A stretch of 64,000 bases of DNA from an uncultured Chthonomonadaceae bacterium (GCA_963817895.1 CAWFQB010000014.1:96001-160000), one strand, 5' to 3'; positions 22,016 through 32,399 are shown, numbered from the stretch's first letter. Translations and numbers: made by a program. The notes: generated by a model from the sequence alone, not told the origin.

Positions 22016-23833
22016 ATGCGACGAGACCGTGACCGTGATCGCCGCCCGGGCGATGATTTTGGGGGCGAAAACATCAACTCTGATAAGAACCGTTTTGAGG
22101 GCGGGGAGGAGCCGGACGACGCGCCGGAAATGCAACTACGCGCTTTATGGCTTCTGGATGAAGTGATCCGTATGACGCCGCGCAGCGATGTTCGGCTGGG
22201 CTATTTGACCACCCTGCGCGAACAGATTGAAACTGACGAAGCGATGATGGACGAGGCCAAAAAGGTCATCGCGGAGTTTGAAGAGGCGTATACCAAACTG
22301 ACCGCGCCCGCCAACCGCATTGGCGTGTATCTTGGCGAGGTCGCGCCAGAAGACAAGCCGCGCCCACGCCGCCGTTTCGGACGGCAGGAAGCGGAGCCGG
22401 AAGCCAACAACGAAAAGCATGTGCGTATCGCGCTTGGCGATCAGGAATATATCGCCAACGTGGACCCCAAACTGGAAAACCCCTGCTTCAAAGTCGGCAC
22501 ACAGGTAAAAGTGAACGAAGCGTTCGCGGTTATCGGCGATCTTGGCTATGCGCAGGGTGGGCCAATTGTAAAAATCAGCGAAGCATTGGAAGACGGACGT
22601 TTGCGCGTTTCCATGGACTCGCAGGGGATGCAGTCGCGTATCGTGTATCGGGGCGAGGGGCTGCTGAACGAGAACCTGAAAGCTGGCGCGGAAGTCCGCA
22701 TGGAACCGAATTTCAAAGTGGCTCTGGAGCATTTTGCGGCCAAAGAAGCGCAGGACTATTTTCTGGAAGAGGTACCGGTTCTGCCCTGGAGCAAAATCGG
22801 CGGGCAGGAAGACGCGATCAGCGTTATCAAGGACGCCATTGAATTGCCCCTGCTGCACCCGGAACTGTTTGCCCGTTTCGGCAAGCGCCCGCTGAAAGGT
22901 ATACTGCTGTTCGGCCCTCCCGGCTGCGGCAAAACCCTTATCGGCAAGGCGACGGCTTACAATCTGACGCAGGAGTACCGCGAACGCACGGGGCAGGATG
23001 TCAAAGAATACTTTATGTATATCAATGGCCCGAAAATCCTGAACATGTGGCTTGGCGAATCCGAGCGGCAGGTGCGCGAGATTTTCGCGCAGGCGCGCGA
23101 AAAGTCCAAGGAGGGGCATCTGGTCTTTATCTTCATTGACGAGGCCGAGTCCCTGCTGCGAACCCGCTCGTCGGGGCGTTTTATGAACATTTCCAACACC
23201 ATTGTGCCGCAATTTTGCGCCGAAATGGACGGTCTTGTCAGCCTTGAAAATGTGGTCGTGATGCTCACGTCCAACCGCCCGGACTACATTGATCCGGCCA
23301 TTCTGCGCCCGGAGCGTATTGACCGCAAAGTGAAAATCGTGCGCCCGGATCGCCGCTCGTCCCGCGACATCTACAAAATCTATCTGTCGGACGTGCCGCT
23401 CGACCCGGATTTGCTACGCGAACACAAGGGCGATTGTACGGGCGCATTGGATGAACTGCTTGATCTGGTGACGGAATACACGTTCCGCCGCGACCCGGAA
23501 ACCGAGTTTCTGGAAGTGTTCATGCGCAACGCCAGCAGCGAAATTCTGTACTGGCGCGATCTGGTAAGCGGCGCGCTGCTCAAGTCGGTTGTGGAGCGGG
23601 CCAAAGACTTCGCCATCAAACGAAGCATTGAGAAGCGTTCCGAGGTTGAGGGCGTCAGCCTGCACGATCTACAGCAGGCGGTGCGCGTCGAATTCAAGGA
23701 GAACGAAATCTTCCCGAAAGGCGACAGCATCGAAGACTGGCTGAAACTGCTTGACTATGATCCGGAAAACGTCGCGACCATCAAGCCCATCCGCGCCAAA
23801 AAGCAGTTGAGCGGACGCACAAGCATCATTTAG
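22016..23833 (+). CDS. arc: Proteasome-associated AAA+ ATPase (ARC/Mpa-like)
   Basis: N-terminal coiled coil and OB-like region; IELPLLHPELF, GPPGCGKT, GPKILNMWLGESER, FIFIDEAES, SNRPDYIDPAILRPERID; heads the proteasome locus. Confidence 0.9.
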   Translation: MRRDRDRDRRPGDDFGGENINSDKNRFEGGEEPDDAPEMQLRALWLLDEVIRMTPRSDVRLGYLTTLREQIETDEAMMDEAKKVIAEFEEAYTKLTAPANRIGVYLGEVAPEDKPRPRRRFGRQEAEPEANNEKHVRIALGDQEYIANVDPKLENPCFKVGTQVKVNEAFAVIGDLGYAQGGPIVKISEALEDGRLRVSMDSQGMQSRIVYRGEGLLNENLKAGAEVRMEPNFKVALEHFAAKEAQDYFLEEVPVLPWSKIGGQEDAISVIKDAIELPLLHPELFARFGKRPLKGILLFGPPGCGKTLIGKATAYNLTQEYRERTGQDVKEYFMYINGPKILNMWLGESERQVREIFAQAREKSKEGHLVFIFIDEAESLLRTRSSGRFMNISNTIVPQFCAEMDGLVSLENVVVMLTSNRPDYIDPAILRPERIDRKVKIVRPDRRSSRDIYKIYLSDVPLDPDLLREHKGDCTGALDELLDLVTEYTFRRDPETEFLEVFMRNASSEILYWRDLVSGALLKSVVERAKDFAIKRSIEKRSEVEGVSLHDLQQAVRVEFKENEIFPKGDSIEDWLKLLDYDPENVATIKPIRAKKQLSGRTSII

Positions 23834-23962
23834 GGGAATACAGGAATAAAGGAATAAAGGAAGAACCTGCTTCCTTTATTCCTCTACCAATGCAGAATAC
23901 TTTGGTGGCTGCTCATACTTCCATATTCCTATATTCCCCTCTTCCTCTTTCTGGATACTCTC

Positions 23963-24766
23963 ATGGAAATGCTTGCGGACAAGGCGGCGATTGTTACCGG
24001 GTCGGGTGATGGAATTGGGCGGCGGATTGCGCTGGCGTTTGCGCAGGCCGGAGCGTCCGTTGTCGTTGTGGATATTAAGGAAGAGGGAATTGCGGAAACG
24101 TTGCGGCAGATTGAAGCTGGGGTTGGGCCGAATAAAGCCATTGGGCTGAATCGCGATATTGCTGATGTGGATAATATTGCCGGGATTGTCAGCGAGTGCG
24201 TGGAACGTTTTGGGCGGCTGGATTGTATCGTCAACAACGCGGCGGATCAGGCGCACAGGCCGCTTGCGGAGATGACGCCGGAGATTTTCGATCACGTTCA
24301 GGCGGTGAATGTCCGCGCCCCACTGTTGTTTGCGAAAGAGGGATTGCCGCATCTGCTGGCGCAGGCTGGAAGCAGTATCGTGAACATTGCCAGTGTGCGG
24401 GGGCAGGTTTCCATGCCGGGTGGACTGGCGTATGATACATCCAAAGCCGCCCTGCTTGGCCTGAACCGGACTCTGGCAGTGGAATTGGGATTGCAGGGTA
24501 TCCGCGTCAACGCCATCTGTCCGGGCCACATCATGAGTTTTGGCGAGGAAGTCTGGAAACAGCAGACGCCTCCCAATGTGCAGAAAGTAATGCCATTCCC
24601 CTATGCGCTCGGCAGAGTTGGCAAGCCGGAAGAGGTGGCGAACGTGGCCGTCTTTCTGGCTTCAGATGCCGCATCGTTCATCACCGGGCAGGCCATAAAT
24701 GTTGATGGTGGCCTGACCATCATGAACGCTGAAACCGCTATGTTCCGGGCTGAGAACATTCTGTGA
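23963..24766 (+). CDS. SDR family oxidoreductase
   Basis: TGSGDGIG, NNAA, YxxxK (YDTSK), IRVNAICPG. Confidence 0.9.
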   Translation: MEMLADKAAIVTGSGDGIGRRIALAFAQAGASVVVVDIKEEGIAETLRQIEAGVGPNKAIGLNRDIADVDNIAGIVSECVERFGRLDCIVNNAADQAHRPLAEMTPEIFDHVQAVNVRAPLLFAKEGLPHLLAQAGSSIVNIASVRGQVSMPGGLAYDTSKAALLGLNRTLAVELGLQGIRVNAICPGHIMSFGEEVWKQQTPPNVQKVMPFPYALGRVGKPEEVANVAVFLASDAASFITGQAINVDGGLTIMNAETAMFRAENIL

Positions 24767-24794
24767 GCAATCTTGTCATTGTTAAAGAGCGATT

Positions 24795-25273
24795 ATGGCG
24801 GAGTACGATGATATTATCCATTTTCGAAAGGCAGGCTTGCAGCGACTCCGAGATGCTGAAGAACTTCTTCAACCCCCAAGCATCACGCCAAACGTTAGTG
24901 AAGCGAGTACGCGACATTTGCGTGGCGCGATGTATTTGGCTGGATACGGTATCGAATGTGTGTTGAAGGAGTACATCATTTCCCCTACGCCTCCCGCTCG
25001 TTCTCTTGGTAAAGCGTTGGAGATACGCGAGGCAAGTGGTAAAAGCGCCTTCGATCTGTATAGTTCTGCCGGGCATAATTTGACTGGCTTGCTGGCTTTG
25101 AAGATTTGGAACCGGCTGTGATCACGGATCAGAAATATAAGCGCCATTGGAGCGTTTGTCTGCGCTGGAAATCTACATGGCGGTATGACTCAGATATTCC
25201 AACGCGTGAACAAGCGCAAGAACTTGTTACTTCCGCCCGTGTTATGTATGAGTGGATCAAACAACGAGTGTAA
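24795..25273 (+). CDS. HEPN-like protein (frameshift near 25100)
   Basis: RLRDAEELL..GAMYLAGYGIECVLK..GHNLTGL; second frame continues WSVCLRWKSTWRY..YEWIKQRV* (TAA 25271-25273). Confidence 0.6.
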
Positions 25274-25292
25274 CTGGCAAGAGGAGTCGGAA

Positions 25293-25556
25293 ATGACAAC
25301 AACCAGCGTTGTTGATTTTGACAGTTTCGCGCCCCGTGTTGAGAAAGCCTTGCGTAAACTCGTGGGTAGCAATGCCGCGATAGATTTGAAGCCGGGATTT
25401 GAAGGACGAGTGCGGGTTAAAGTCATTTCACCTCTTTTTAATGGCATGACGGAGGCAGAAAAGGGTGGTACAGTTTGGGATGTGCTGAAGCGGGAGTTGA
25501 AAGAAGAAGAAGAATTCATTTCGTATGTTATTCCGTACAGCACGGACGAGCTTTGA
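25293..25556 (+). CDS. Small acidic partner protein, BolA-like fold suspected
   Basis: GAGGAG SD; RVRVKVISPLFNGMTEAEK..VWDVLKREL resembles the BolA core. Confidence 0.5.
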   Translation: MTTTSVVDFDSFAPRVEKALRKLVGSNAAIDLKPGFEGRVRVKVISPLFNGMTEAEKGGTVWDVLKRELKEEEEFISYVIPYSTDEL

Positions 25557-25587
25557 AACAAACGCAGGCGAAGAGAGTTGATATAGT

Positions 25588-27103
25588 ATGAGCAGGCTAG
25601 TTGGCATTGAAACGGAATATGGGATAGTGGTTGAAGGGCTGGGGGCGAACGACTGGATTGCGGAGAGCATCGCGGTCGTGCGCAGCCATCCGGGCGCGGC
25701 GGTTGGCGGCTGGAACTACCGGGGGGAAGACCCGCGCCGCGATATGCGCGGCTTTACGGTGCAGCATCTGTCCACGAACCCGGATGACGCGCAGTTCGAC
25801 GCGCCCAATGCCCGTCCGATGAGTCGGGAAGAGGAGCGCAGTGACCGCGTACTGGCGAACGGCGCGCGATTTTATAATGATCACGGGCATCCTGAGTATG
25901 CCACGCCCGAGTGTCGCGGTTTGCGAGATCTGGTGGCGCATGATAAAGCGGGGGAGCGTATCGCGTGGGCGGCGGCGCAAAAGCGGGCGTATGAGAGCAA
26001 ACGCGCGGTCACGATTTACAAGAACAACACGGATTTTCATGGCGCGAGTTATGGAACGCACGAGGCGTATCTGATGCGCCGGGACGTGCCGACGGAAACG
26101 CTGATACAATCCCTGTTGCCTTTTTTCGCCACGCGGCAGATTTACGCGGGCGCGGGCAAGTCGGGCGTGGAAAACGACAGCGCGTATGACGGCGAGATTT
26201 TTCAGCTTTCGCAGCGGGCGGATTATTTTTCGGTTGAGGCCAGCGTGGATACGCTGCACAATCGTCCTCTGGTAAATACGCGGGATGAACCCCACGCCAC
26301 GCCGCGATTGTATCGCCGACTGCATGTGATTTGCGGCGACGCGAACATGAGCGAGTACGCCACCGCGCTGAAAGTGGGAACAACAAGTCTTGTGCTGAAG
26401 CTGCTGGAAGAGGGATTAACGGCCCCGGTCAAACTGGTAGACCCCATCAAAGCGGTGAAGCAGATTTCCCGTGACGTAACGCTGAAGCAGACGGTTGAAC
26501 AGGTAGGAGCGCCGCCGCTTACCGCGATAGAAATACAGCGCATTTATTTGCAGGCAGCGCAGCGATTTGCCGGACTGGATGAAGATACGGATTGGACGCT
26601 GGCGGAGTGGGCGGCGATACTGGACGCGCTGGAAACCGATCCGCTAAGTTGCGCCGACCGACTGGATTGGGCGGCGAAATACAAATTGCTGGATGCTTTT
26701 CGGCAGGAGGAGGGGCTTGGCGTGGAACGACCCGTATATCCAGAGCCTCGATCTCGCCTACCATGACGTTGACCCGGAAGCCGGATTGTATTACGGATTG
26801 GAGCAGGCGGGCGAAATGCGGCGACTGGTAACGGATGCGCGGATTGACGCGGCCATGTCCTGTGCGCCGGGGGATACGCGAGCCTTTATTCGCGGTTTGT
26901 TCGCGGAACGGTTCGCGCAGAGTGTGCGCAGCATCGGCTGGAACGGCGTCGCTTTCAAGTATGGGGGCGAGGATATGCTGTTCGATATGAATCCGCTTGT
27001 GGAGGCGAATGTTCAGGCGCTGAATGACGAGTTTGCCAATGCGCAGACGCTGGAGGAGGCGGTTGAAGTGATTCGCCGCAATCCGAAAGCCGAATGGGTG
27101 TAA
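25588..27103 (+). CDS. dop: Dop-like deamidase/depupylase (PafA2 family), frameshift near 26720
   Basis: GIETEYG, Dop loop WNYRGEDPRRDMRGF, NGARFYNDHGHPEY, KNNTDFHGASYGTHE, NTRDEPHA, RRLHVICGDAN, QSLDLAYH. Confidence 0.88.
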
Positions 27104-27246
27104 AAATGCCTGCCCATAGGGACAGGTTGACGTAACGAGGAAAACCGACTACACTTGTTGAAAGATGTTTGTGCCTTTCTCGCCGCTCTGATCCATTGCA
27201 ATCTTCATATGGACAGATGCCAGTCAACATATAAGGAGCTACGACC

Positions 27247-27435
27247 ATGATATTTACCGGAGAAGAGCGCCGCCAGATGCCGACCGCCCCCGCCAACCCC
27301 CTGCAAAAAGAGGGCGGCGATGGCGGACCGGGCAAACCCGATGTGAAGCGGCCCGACACGAGCGACCTGCTCAAGCGCATGAAGCGCGTGGACCCGGACG
27401 CCGCCCGCCGCTACCGCCAGCGCAGCGGAGAATAA
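27247..27435 (+). CDS. ubact: Prokaryotic ubiquitin-like protein UBact (Pup analogue)
   Basis: 62 aa, low-complexity N-terminus, LLKRMKRVDPDAARRYRQRSGE C-terminus (R[ST]G[EQ]); between dop and prcB; AAGGAG SD. Confidence 0.9.
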   Translation: MIFTGEERRQMPTAPANPLQKEGGDGGPGKPDVKRPDTSDLLKRMKRVDPDAARRYRQRSGE

Positions 27436-27568
27436 TGCAGGAGAAAGGAGAAAGGAAAAAGGAGAAAGTACCTGTCTGCTTGATTGTGCTTTATGTGTTG
27501 CAGAGGGTGTAAAGTGGTAGGCTTTCTTCTCTTTCCTTTCTCCTTTCTCCTCCCAACGGAGTGAGACA

Positions 27569-28420
27569 ATGCAATTGACAGGAGATTTGTGGCGCGTTCT
27601 TGAGCAGAGCGGCCATCCGATTACGCGCCCGATGCAGGGGCAGGTTCCCGCAGGAACGACCTTTCCGGCGCGGCCTTATGACAGTCCCGCAGGGCAGGGT
27701 ATTGGGCATGGTACGGGCGTTGTGGATACGCACGGCACAACGGTTATTGCCGTGAAGTTCGATAAGGGCGTGATAAACGTGGGCGACCGGCGGGCCACCG
27801 CTAACTTCGCCATCATGTACGATCAGGCCGAAAAAGTGCTGCCGATTGACGATTATACCCTGCTGGCGATTTCGGGTTCGTTCGCGCGGGCAATGGAAGT
27901 CGTGCGGTATCTGCGCACGAGTTTCAAGCTGTTCGAGCGCACGTACTTGCAGCAGATGAGTCTGGACGGCAAACTGGCGGAACTGGCGAAAGTGGTGCGG
28001 GCGGGAATACCGGATGCTTTGCAGGGTATCGGCGGCTTTATCCCGATTTTGACTACGTTCGATCAGGAGAGCAGTCAGGGACGTATTTTCTTCTATGACG
28101 GCATGGGCGCGCGGTTTGAAAGCACGGAGTTCGGCGCGGCGGGCAGCGGTTCCACGCAGATTCGCGGCGTGTTCGACTACATCGTGAAGACGAAAAAGCC
28201 GTTCCATGATATGAACCGCGAGGAAGCCCTGAAAGAGGCTTTGTACCTGCTCGACATTGCCGCCGATCTCGACGCGGCAACGGGTGGTTGGTCGAAAGTG
28301 CTGCCGCTTGCCAAAACCATTACGGCGGATGGCATTGAGGACGTGAGCGAGGCTGAATTGCGGGCTGTCGTTGCCGATATAGATCGCGCGGGCGGCGAAC
28401 GGATTGCGCCAAGACCGTGA
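27569..28420 (+). CDS. prcB: 20S proteasome beta subunit
   Basis: Propeptide then HG/TTVIAV, GDRRAT, K at AEKV, GSGS, AADLDAATGG. Confidence 0.88.
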   Translation: MQLTGDLWRVLEQSGHPITRPMQGQVPAGTTFPARPYDSPAGQGIGHGTGVVDTHGTTVIAVKFDKGVINVGDRRATANFAIMYDQAEKVLPIDDYTLLAISGSFARAMEVVRYLRTSFKLFERTYLQQMSLDGKLAELAKVVRAGIPDALQGIGGFIPILTTFDQESSQGRIFFYDGMGARFESTEFGAAGSGSTQIRGVFDYIVKTKKPFHDMNREEALKEALYLLDIAADLDAATGGWSKVLPLAKTITADGIEDVSEAELRAVVADIDRAGGERIAPRP

Positions 28421-28425
28421 GTTTA

Positions 28426-28474
28426 ACCTCACCCCCGGCCCCTCTCCTTGCCGCGCAACGCGCTAGGAGAGGGG
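28426..28474. repeat. REP-like palindrome family A
   Basis: CCCCTCTCCTTGCCGCGCAACGCGCTAGGAGAGGGG directly after the prcB stop. Confidence 0.85.
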
Positions 28475-28595
28475 AGGCTTAATGATAGAGGCCAGTCAAT
28501 AGCGAAAAATAAAGCAGCATCAGGGTGAACTTTCTTGTTTGCGGGAGTAACTAACAGATAACCAACGCGCTTGTGACGAACACAGGCGGCTACTA

Positions 28596-29544
28596 ACCCA
28601 AGTTGCTACCTAACTTTTTAGCCAGTGATGGCAAAGGCCAGCACGGTGAGGAACACCTTCAACTCAAAGCCGCGTGGTGTCACGGCATGAATGCACTTGG
28701 CAAACCGCAAGTTGATCTGACTAAAGGTGGTTTCCACTCGTTTGCGCGTGTATTGGCTGAGGTACGTGACCCAACCCGGCACTTGACGGGTGCTGTTCTT
28801 TTTGCGCGCCGCAATCAACTCGATCTTGGCGTGTTGGCCTAAGAAGTCCTCGACCGTATAATCGGTGTAAGCGGCATCGGCATGTACTTCGGCATCTGGG
28901 GGCAAGTCCAGCGGCAAGCTCCGAAACGCATTGATGTCGGCGACGCTGCCGGGTTCTATCAGGATTTCGACGGGCTGACCATTGGCCGCAATCAGCAAAT
29001 GCACCTTCACGCCGTAGAAATAGCGCTTTTTGCTGGCGATAACGCCGCGAAACGCCGCGTCCGGGTACAATTTGCACCGCCAGATGCGAATGTTGTCACA
29101 CACCGGTACCGGGCAACTGTCCACGACATACTCGCCCGACGGGTTGGTGTGGATCGCACACAGCGCCAGAACGTGCCAGAGCGCTTGCCAGAGCGTGTCG
29201 GGCAAAGCGTGCAGGCGACGATTGAGCCGGCTTTTGGAGAGCATTGTGGGAATGTAGCCGTGTTCTTTGAGGAAAATGCGGCTTAGTTCCTGATTGCCGA
29301 CGAAGAACGTGGCGGCCACCAGCACGGTGGTCATCACTTCGGCATCGGTCATGCGGGCTTGCGGGTCTTCTTTATGCCCATAAGCTAAAAGAAAGTCGGC
29401 ACAAACACAGTAAATTGTGATAATCTTTTCTTGCATAACGGAACTCCTGTCTAGTGTGGGTTGGCACTTTCACTATACCAGAGACCGTTATGCGCTTCAC
29501 AAAATGCTCGGCTGCTTGCTACACGCTTAGGTAGCAACTTGGGT
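28596..29544 (-). mobile_element. IS982-family insertion sequence
   Basis: Perfect 18-bp terminal IR ACCCAAGTTGCTACCTAA (28596-28613 / 29527-29544); 5-bp direct repeat TACTA on both flanks. Confidence 0.92.
28618..29436 (-). CDS. IS982-family DDE transposase
   Basis: MTDAEVMT, SRLNRR, VVDSCPVPVC, YFYGVKVH, ADAAY, RKRVETTFS. Confidence 0.9.
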   Translation of the reverse strand: MQEKIITIYCVCADFLLAYGHKEDPQARMTDAEVMTTVLVAATFFVGNQELSRIFLKEHGYIPTMLSKSRLNRRLHALPDTLWQALWHVLALCAIHTNPSGEYVVDSCPVPVCDNIRIWRCKLYPDAAFRGVIASKKRYFYGVKVHLLIAANGQPVEILIEPGSVADINAFRSLPLDLPPDAEVHADAAYTDYTVEDFLGQHAKIELIAARKKNSTRQVPGWVTYLSQYTRKRVETTFSQINLRFAKCIHAVTPRGFELKVFLTVLAFAITG

Positions 29545-29583
29545 TACTACTGAAAAGACTTTTCCGCGATCAGGAGAGAACCG

Positions 29584-30279
29584 ATGCAAACAACCATTCC
29601 GCTGCTGCAAAATGTCCGTGTCGCCAGTCCGTGCGAAGCCTCGTGGGAGGGTATGGAGGCCGTTGATGGCGAGCGCGTGAAGTTCTGCCTGCACTGCGCC
29701 AAAAACGTGTACAATCTGTCTGAAATGTCGCAGGGGGAAGCCGAAGGGCTGCTGCGCAAGCACGAGGGCAAATTATGCGCGCGATACTATCAGCGGCGGG
29801 ATGGAACCGTTCTGACGCGAGATTGCCGGATTGGGGCGCAGGTGGTTCGCGTCGCGCTGATACGACGCAGCGCGGTTGCCGCAAGTCTGTTCGCCATGAT
29901 GTTCGGCGCAATGGCAGCTATGGTGTCAAGCGAAGAGACTCATACGACTGGCGATAAGAAATTTGCGTCCACGCCGAAGCCAACGGCAGTAGCGCCCCTA
30001 GTGATGCCGACGGCTGTTGCGGGCGGCATTTCCATTACTCCCATTGCGCCTCCGGTCGCGTCGGAACCGCCAACACAGATGATGGGGGAGGTTGCGCCAA
30101 CGCCGAGAATGGGGAAAATGGCTTTATTGCCCCCGCCGCGCCGCCCGTTCATGGGGCATATGGCAAGACCCGAACAGGACGCAGGGACTGTTTCTTCCAT
30201 ACCAGATAAACCATACGATTACAACTACAAGGCCAATCCAGATAGTACCGATGAGGCTATCCTGAAGCCACACCAATAA
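29584..30279 (+). CDS. Hypothetical membrane-anchored protein with N-terminal Cys-rich domain
   Basis: ASPCEASWEGM..FCLHCAKNVYNLSEM..LCARYYQRRDGTVLTRDC, one TM helix, Pro-rich tail. Confidence 0.7.
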   Translation: MQTTIPLLQNVRVASPCEASWEGMEAVDGERVKFCLHCAKNVYNLSEMSQGEAEGLLRKHEGKLCARYYQRRDGTVLTRDCRIGAQVVRVALIRRSAVAASLFAMMFGAMAAMVSSEETHTTGDKKFASTPKPTAVAPLVMPTAVAGGISITPIAPPVASEPPTQMMGEVAPTPRMGKMALLPPPRRPFMGHMARPEQDAGTVSSIPDKPYDYNYKANPDSTDEAILKPHQ

Positions 30280-30393
30280 AAATGAGCGTTGAGCGTAAGC
30301 ATTGCGCCTTGTGTCTGAAATCAGGGAGCGTTAAGCGCGAGAATAGTTTCTCATGCTTAACGCTCCACGCTCAACGCTTCTGGAAAGTTATTT

Positions 30394-31191
30394 ATGTATA
30401 CACCTTTTGACATCAATGAGGCCATCGGGCATCGCAAAGATTATGTGGAGGAGCGGCTGCGGGCGGGTAGTCCCATTGTTGGCATGAGGTATGACAATGG
30501 ACTGCTGCTGCTCACCGTGCGGCGAACACAGCGCAAAGTGTTCGAGATTTATGACCGCCAGATGTTTTCTGCCATCGGCAAGCAGTCGGACATCGAGAAT
30601 GTGCGACTGGCTGCCATCCAGAACACGCATCAGGAGGGTTTTGAGCGCAGCCCGGACGATGTTTCCGTACAGCGACTGGTAGGCTTTGCCCTCAGTCCGA
30701 CGCTGAAAAAGGCGTTTGGCGATCCCATGTACGAGCCGGTTGTGATTCGCGCGCTATTTGCGGAGATTGGACGAACGCCGGAAAAGGACACGTTTTTCGC
30801 GCTGAATTATGACGGCGAATTCCAGTCGTATCACGAATCAGCAGTAGTGGCGGGAACGCAAACGGCGGAAGACGCGATGCTGGAACGCCTGGGTGAGGAT
30901 ACAGGCAGTTTGTCGCGTGACGAAGCCCTTTCCCGCGCTTTATCCGCATGGGCAATTGGAGCCAGAGAGAGCCTGCGCCGCCAGATTGGGAGCGGCAAGG
31001 AAGACGAGGAAGACAGTTATAATCCTCTGCGCGAACTGGACGCGGCGGAGGTAGACAGCGTGTTCCTGCGGGATGAACTGAAAAACGGAACCGTCGAGGT
31101 GGGCTTGCTGGAACGGCGGACGAACCGGGAGGGTCGTTTCCGCCTGTTATCGGCGGCAGATATTGAAGCGCTGACGCGGGAGTATAAGTAG
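30394..31191 (+). CDS. prcA: 20S proteasome alpha subunit
   Basis: RKDYVEERLRAGSPIVG, RKVFEIYDRQMFSAIGKQSDIENVR, DVSVQRLV, LNYDG, VEVGLLER. Confidence 0.88.
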   Translation: MYTPFDINEAIGHRKDYVEERLRAGSPIVGMRYDNGLLLLTVRRTQRKVFEIYDRQMFSAIGKQSDIENVRLAAIQNTHQEGFERSPDDVSVQRLVGFALSPTLKKAFGDPMYEPVVIRALFAEIGRTPEKDTFFALNYDGEFQSYHESAVVAGTQTAEDAMLERLGEDTGSLSRDEALSRALSAWAIGARESLRRQIGSGKEDEEDSYNPLRELDAAEVDSVFLRDELKNGTVEVGLLERRTNREGRFRLLSAADIEALTREYK

Positions 31192-31195
31192 ATTG

Positions 31196-31235
31196 AAGGG
31201 ATAAGAAACTACTCGAATGTAGTTTCTTATCCCTT
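31196..31235. terminator. Hairpin between convergent prcA and PEP-CTERM genes (probable bidirectional terminator)
   Basis: AAGGGATAAGAAACTAC-TCGAAT-GTAGTTTCTTATCCCTT, perfect 17-bp stem. Confidence 0.65.
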
Positions 31236-31247
31236 ATCCTTTACAAC

Positions 31248-32399
31248 TTATTTCTTTCTTTTGCGGCCTGCGACCCATCCGGCTCCTGCGAGCAGGGTAA
31301 GGGCGAAGGTGATGGAACCGGGTTCAGGCACCAGACTGGGGCCGAGCGGCGTGATAACAGGAGAACCAGGGCTTCCGGGTGAGCCACCTGGGGTTCCGGG
31401 CGTTGATCCGACAGGCAACTCAGGTGTTTGCCCCGGCAGCGAACCGACCGGCAGTTCAGGTGTTGAGACAGGCAACGGGGTTTCCGGTAGCACAGGCGAC
31501 TCGCTTGTGGTGCCAGTTGTCGGAATGATTGTAGATACACCCGTAATTGGAACAGCCGGCAACCCTGCGCTGTGACCGGAATGGCCGCCCAATGCAAGAA
31601 GGGGCAGCAACGCCAGAGGACCCGCAAGTCCAACAAGTCCCGGCCCGCCGTTGACCCAGTGATATACGGGTGGCAGGGAGGCAGCCCTCAACTGAGGCGG
31701 CGTCAGGGTGGGCGCGGCAATGGGTAATTCCGCTGGCCCAAGCACGTTTTCCGCCAGGACGACGGGAATAACCGGCAGCATAGTCGTGGGCGGCACAACC
31801 ACGCGGCCCGGAGGCCCTCCCATAGCAACAGAACTGCTTGCCGTTGGAGGAATCAGAGCCTCGCCGGGAGTAAAGTCGGGTACGGGAGTGGCGGTGTACA
31901 GTTCCGGTGACACCCGCGAACGAATCGGGTTTCCACAAACGCGAATCAACAGGGGAGTGCCATCGGGCAGGCAGTAAACCGGCGTTCCCTTTTTCACCCG
32001 GCGCGGCTTGTAAACAAGTTTATCGCCATGCGAGTTGTCGGCAGCCACGTAATGCACCTGCAAGATGTGGTCTGCGGTAAGATTTTTTACATGAAGTTGT
32101 TCCAGAGCCGCAGGAACCATCTTCACAGGAAGGTGAAACAGGCGCGCGTAGCGAACTGCTACTTTCGGGTCCGACTTTACCTGCCGAACCAGAGCGGCTA
32201 CGTTAGGCGAGGGTTGACGCAGAAATGCGCCCTGCGGCATGTGGGCAGATTCCTGCGCCTGATGAACGGATTGCGCGTTCGCCGCGTAACCACATAGACT
32301 GATGCCCGCCAGCAGAAGTCCAATTCGACAGCCGAACGGAACCAGGCGTGAGCGGTAGGTGAATTCGCCTTTCAATAGAGTACGTCCTTTGGTCTTCAA
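31248..32399 (-). CDS. Exported PEP-CTERM sorting-domain protein
   Basis: Signal peptide; GTPVYCLPDGTPLLIRVCGNP domain; Pro/Gly/Thr linker with TPELPV repeats; VPEPGS, TM helix, RKRKK. Confidence 0.85.
   Translation of the reverse strand: MKTKGRTLLKGEFTYRSRLVPFGCRIGLLLAGISLCGYAANAQSVHQAQESAHMPQGAFLRQPSPNVAALVRQVKSDPKVAVRYARLFHLPVKMVPAALEQLHVKNLTADHILQVHYVAADNSHGDKLVYKPRRVKKGTPVYCLPDGTPLLIRVCGNPIRSRVSPELYTATPVPDFTPGEALIPPTASSSVAMGGPPGRVVVPPTTMLPVIPVVLAENVLGPAELPIAAPTLTPPQLRAASLPPVYHWVNGGPGLVGLAGPLALLPLLALGGHSGHSAGLPAVPITGVSTIIPTTGTTSESPVLPETPLPVSTPELPVGSLPGQTPELPVGSTPGTPGGSPGSPGSPVITPLGPSLVPEPGSITFALTLLAGAGWVAGRKRKK

Noticed and set aside
27440..27552. GGAGAAA/TTTCTCC arms between ubact and prcB as a dedicated regulatory RNA
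   Set aside because: Same type of heptamer palindrome as at 10656-10745, 23836-23945 and 30283-30378, so it is a generic repeat.
27689..27741. Second HGT motif (GHGTG) in the PrcB propeptide as an alternative cleavage site
   Set aside because: Only the downstream HG/TT has the correct spacing to DRRAT and the catalytic Lys; probably coincidental.
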